Below are positions 27,401 to 28,725 of a DNA stretch of 28,725 nt, one piece after another. The notes under the pieces are model-generated. The model did no database searches, was not told where the DNA came from, and saw only the letters and a list, made by a program, of their open reading frames with translations. A program made the position numbers and the translations under genes. Within the stretch, counting starts at the first letter, position 1; every line of letters begins with the position of its first letter. The stretch is from Promethearchaeota archaeon (lineage in GTDB: Archaea; Asgardarchaeota; Lokiarchaeia; Sigyniarchaeales; SOKP01), in assembly GCA_019058015.1 (NCBI GenBank), contig JAHLWH010000193.1:1-28725 (forward strand), read 5' to 3'.

Positions 27401-28606
27401 TTATACCATTTTCTCAATTAGTTTATCGATAATTTTTTTGAAGTTAAGATCTTCGGGCTTTGGAACAAATTTAATTTCTATACTTTCTTCTAAAATATCG
27501 ATTTTAGAAGCTTCTAACTCTTTAATAATTTCTTTCACAGCTCCACCACCCCATCCATACGAACCAAAGGCTAGTCCTATCTTATTCATTGGCTTTAAAC
27601 CTTTCTGATAACACACATATTCTGCCACTGTTGGATACATTCCATTATTTAAAGTTGGACTTCCTATAATAATTGCTTTTGAAAGCATAGCTTCTGTTAT
27701 TACGTCAGAATAGTCTGCGTTAGTTAATTTATATCGTTTCACTTTTATCCCTCTATATTGCAATTCCTTGTATAGGGCTTTTGCGATAATTTCGGTGCTT
27801 CCCCACATTGTATCATATACAATTATTGCTGTTTTATTATCAATTTCTCCTGCTGACCACTTTTTATACCTTTCAACGATATCTCCTACATGTTTCCTCC
27901 AACAAACTCCATGCGAAGGGCAAATAATTTCTATTGGCAAAGAACCTACTTTGGGTAAAACATTTGAGATCAGTTTCGATAAATGAAGTAAAATATTTGC
28001 ATAATATTTAACCGCTTCTTCCATTATTACGTCAAAATCATTCTCATCATCCCAACGTGAGGAAGTGGCGAAATGTTGTCCAAAAGCATCATTTGAAAAT
28101 AAAATATTTTTACCATTTTCGTCTGTCATAAATGATACCATTGAATCAGGCCAATGGATCATTGGGATTGGAACAAATGTAATTTTTTTACCGTTACCAA
28201 TATCTAAAGTATCTCCTTCTTTCACAGCTCGAATATTATTGAATACTTCATCATTAACTTCTTTATGAAAATGATCTCTTAAAATTTCAACACCCTTTTT
28301 AGAAGCGATAATTTTAGCGTTTGGAAGATATTTAATGATTAATGGAAATGAGCGAGAATGGTCCATTTCAACATGGTTCATGATAAGGTAATCAATTTTA
28401 TCCAAATTAATACCGCTCTTTATATTCTCCAAGAAATAATTAAAAAAAGGACGTTTAACCGTATCTATCAAAACATTTTTTTCTCCTTTTACCAAATAAG
28501 CATTATATGATGACCCCCTGTGTGTAGAATATCCGTGAAAATTTCTTACCTCCCAATCTACATAACCTACGTAATAAATATCCTTCATTAATTCAGTTTG
28601 AATCAT
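27401..28606 (-). CDS. fprA: Flavodiiron protein (FprA/ROO, class A)
   Basis: SYNAYL, diiron ligands NHVEMDH, HWPD, NDAFG and PSHG. Flavodoxin domain YDTMWGST, GSPT, FGSYGW. Confidence 0.95.
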   Translation of the reverse strand: MIQTELMKDIYYVGYVDWEVRNFHGYSTHRGSSYNAYLVKGEKNVLIDTVKRPFFNYFLENIKSGINLDKIDYLIMNHVEMDHSRSFPLIIKYLPNAKIIASKKGVEILRDHFHKEVNDEVFNNIRAVKEGDTLDIGNGKKITFVPIPMIHWPDSMVSFMTDENGKNILFSNDAFGQHFATSSRWDDENDFDVIMEEAVKYYANILLHLSKLISNVLPKVGSLPIEIICPSHGVCWRKHVGDIVERYKKWSAGEIDNKTAIIVYDTMWGSTEIIAKALYKELQYRGIKVKRYKLTNADYSDVITEAMLSKAIIIGSPTLNNGMYPTVAEYVCYQKGLKPMNKIGLAFGSYGWGGGAVKEIIKELEASKIDILEESIEIKFVPKPEDLNFKKIIDKLIEKMV

Positions 28607-28725
28607 TTTTTTATCAACTTTTTTTCTTATTTAATTGATTTTTTGAATTTCTTTGAATAATATTTAATTAGACTCAGAAACTTATTATAAATTTAATTTT
28701 TTTTAAATATAAATAATACAATTAA

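Noticed and set aside
588-28268. Many short ORF-track entries overlapping major genes (e.g. 932-1396, 3142-3429, 11681-11968, 23016-23285, 25068-25301)
   Set aside because: Antisense or alternate-frame shadows of well-supported genes, with no recognisable motifs.
1-28725. CRISPR arrays, tRNA/rRNA genes, IS elements, and Sec readthrough at other TGA stops (ftsZ, ferredoxin, grx, acs, iscU)
   Set aside because: No regularly spaced repeats, GC-rich structured RNA blocks or transposase ORFs were seen. The other TGAs fall at expected protein ends without a redox-motif context.

Overview
Very AT-rich archaeal DNA, most likely Asgard/Lokiarchaeia-like. This assignment is inferred from the archaeal FtsZ1-type N-terminus, the archaeal-type DnaK insert PSAEGxxxGKAFPS, GGTG(A)/GGAGG ribosome-binding sites and Lrp regulators. 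After a partial membrane-protein gene, ftsZ and a DMT transporter, about 25 kb form a dense oxygen/redox-stress, Fe-S repair and chaperone cluster. It holds two Cys-bearing Lrp regulators, ferredoxin, glutaredoxin plus FTR catalytic subunit, ferritin, rubrerythrin, desulfoferrodoxin, acs with a divergent GNAT, OsmC, dnaK-dnaJ(class B)-clpB remnant, an ArsB/NhaD-type transporter, tusA-dsrE-iscS-iscU, a nucleotidyltransferase-like gene, YyaL, a nitroreductase, korAB, an acyl-CoA dehydrogenase-rubredoxin fusion and a flavodiiron protein. Five observations stand out. (1) An Fe-S operon whose IscS lacks the PLP lysine and the substrate Arg, preceded by the persulfide carriers TusA and DsrE, with IscU fused to a degenerate thioredoxin-reductase NADPH domain. 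(2) An fprA-acd/rubredoxin-korA-korB operon that could couple 2-oxoacid/acyl-CoA oxidation to O2 reduction without ETF. (3) korA has no ATG/GTG/TTG start: it uses either ATT or readthrough of an in-frame TGA. (4) An unannotated small ORF with an in-frame C-x-x-TGA. (5) A perfect 9-N7-9 operator-like inverted repeat upstream of dnaK. I saw no rRNA, tRNA, CRISPR array or transposase.
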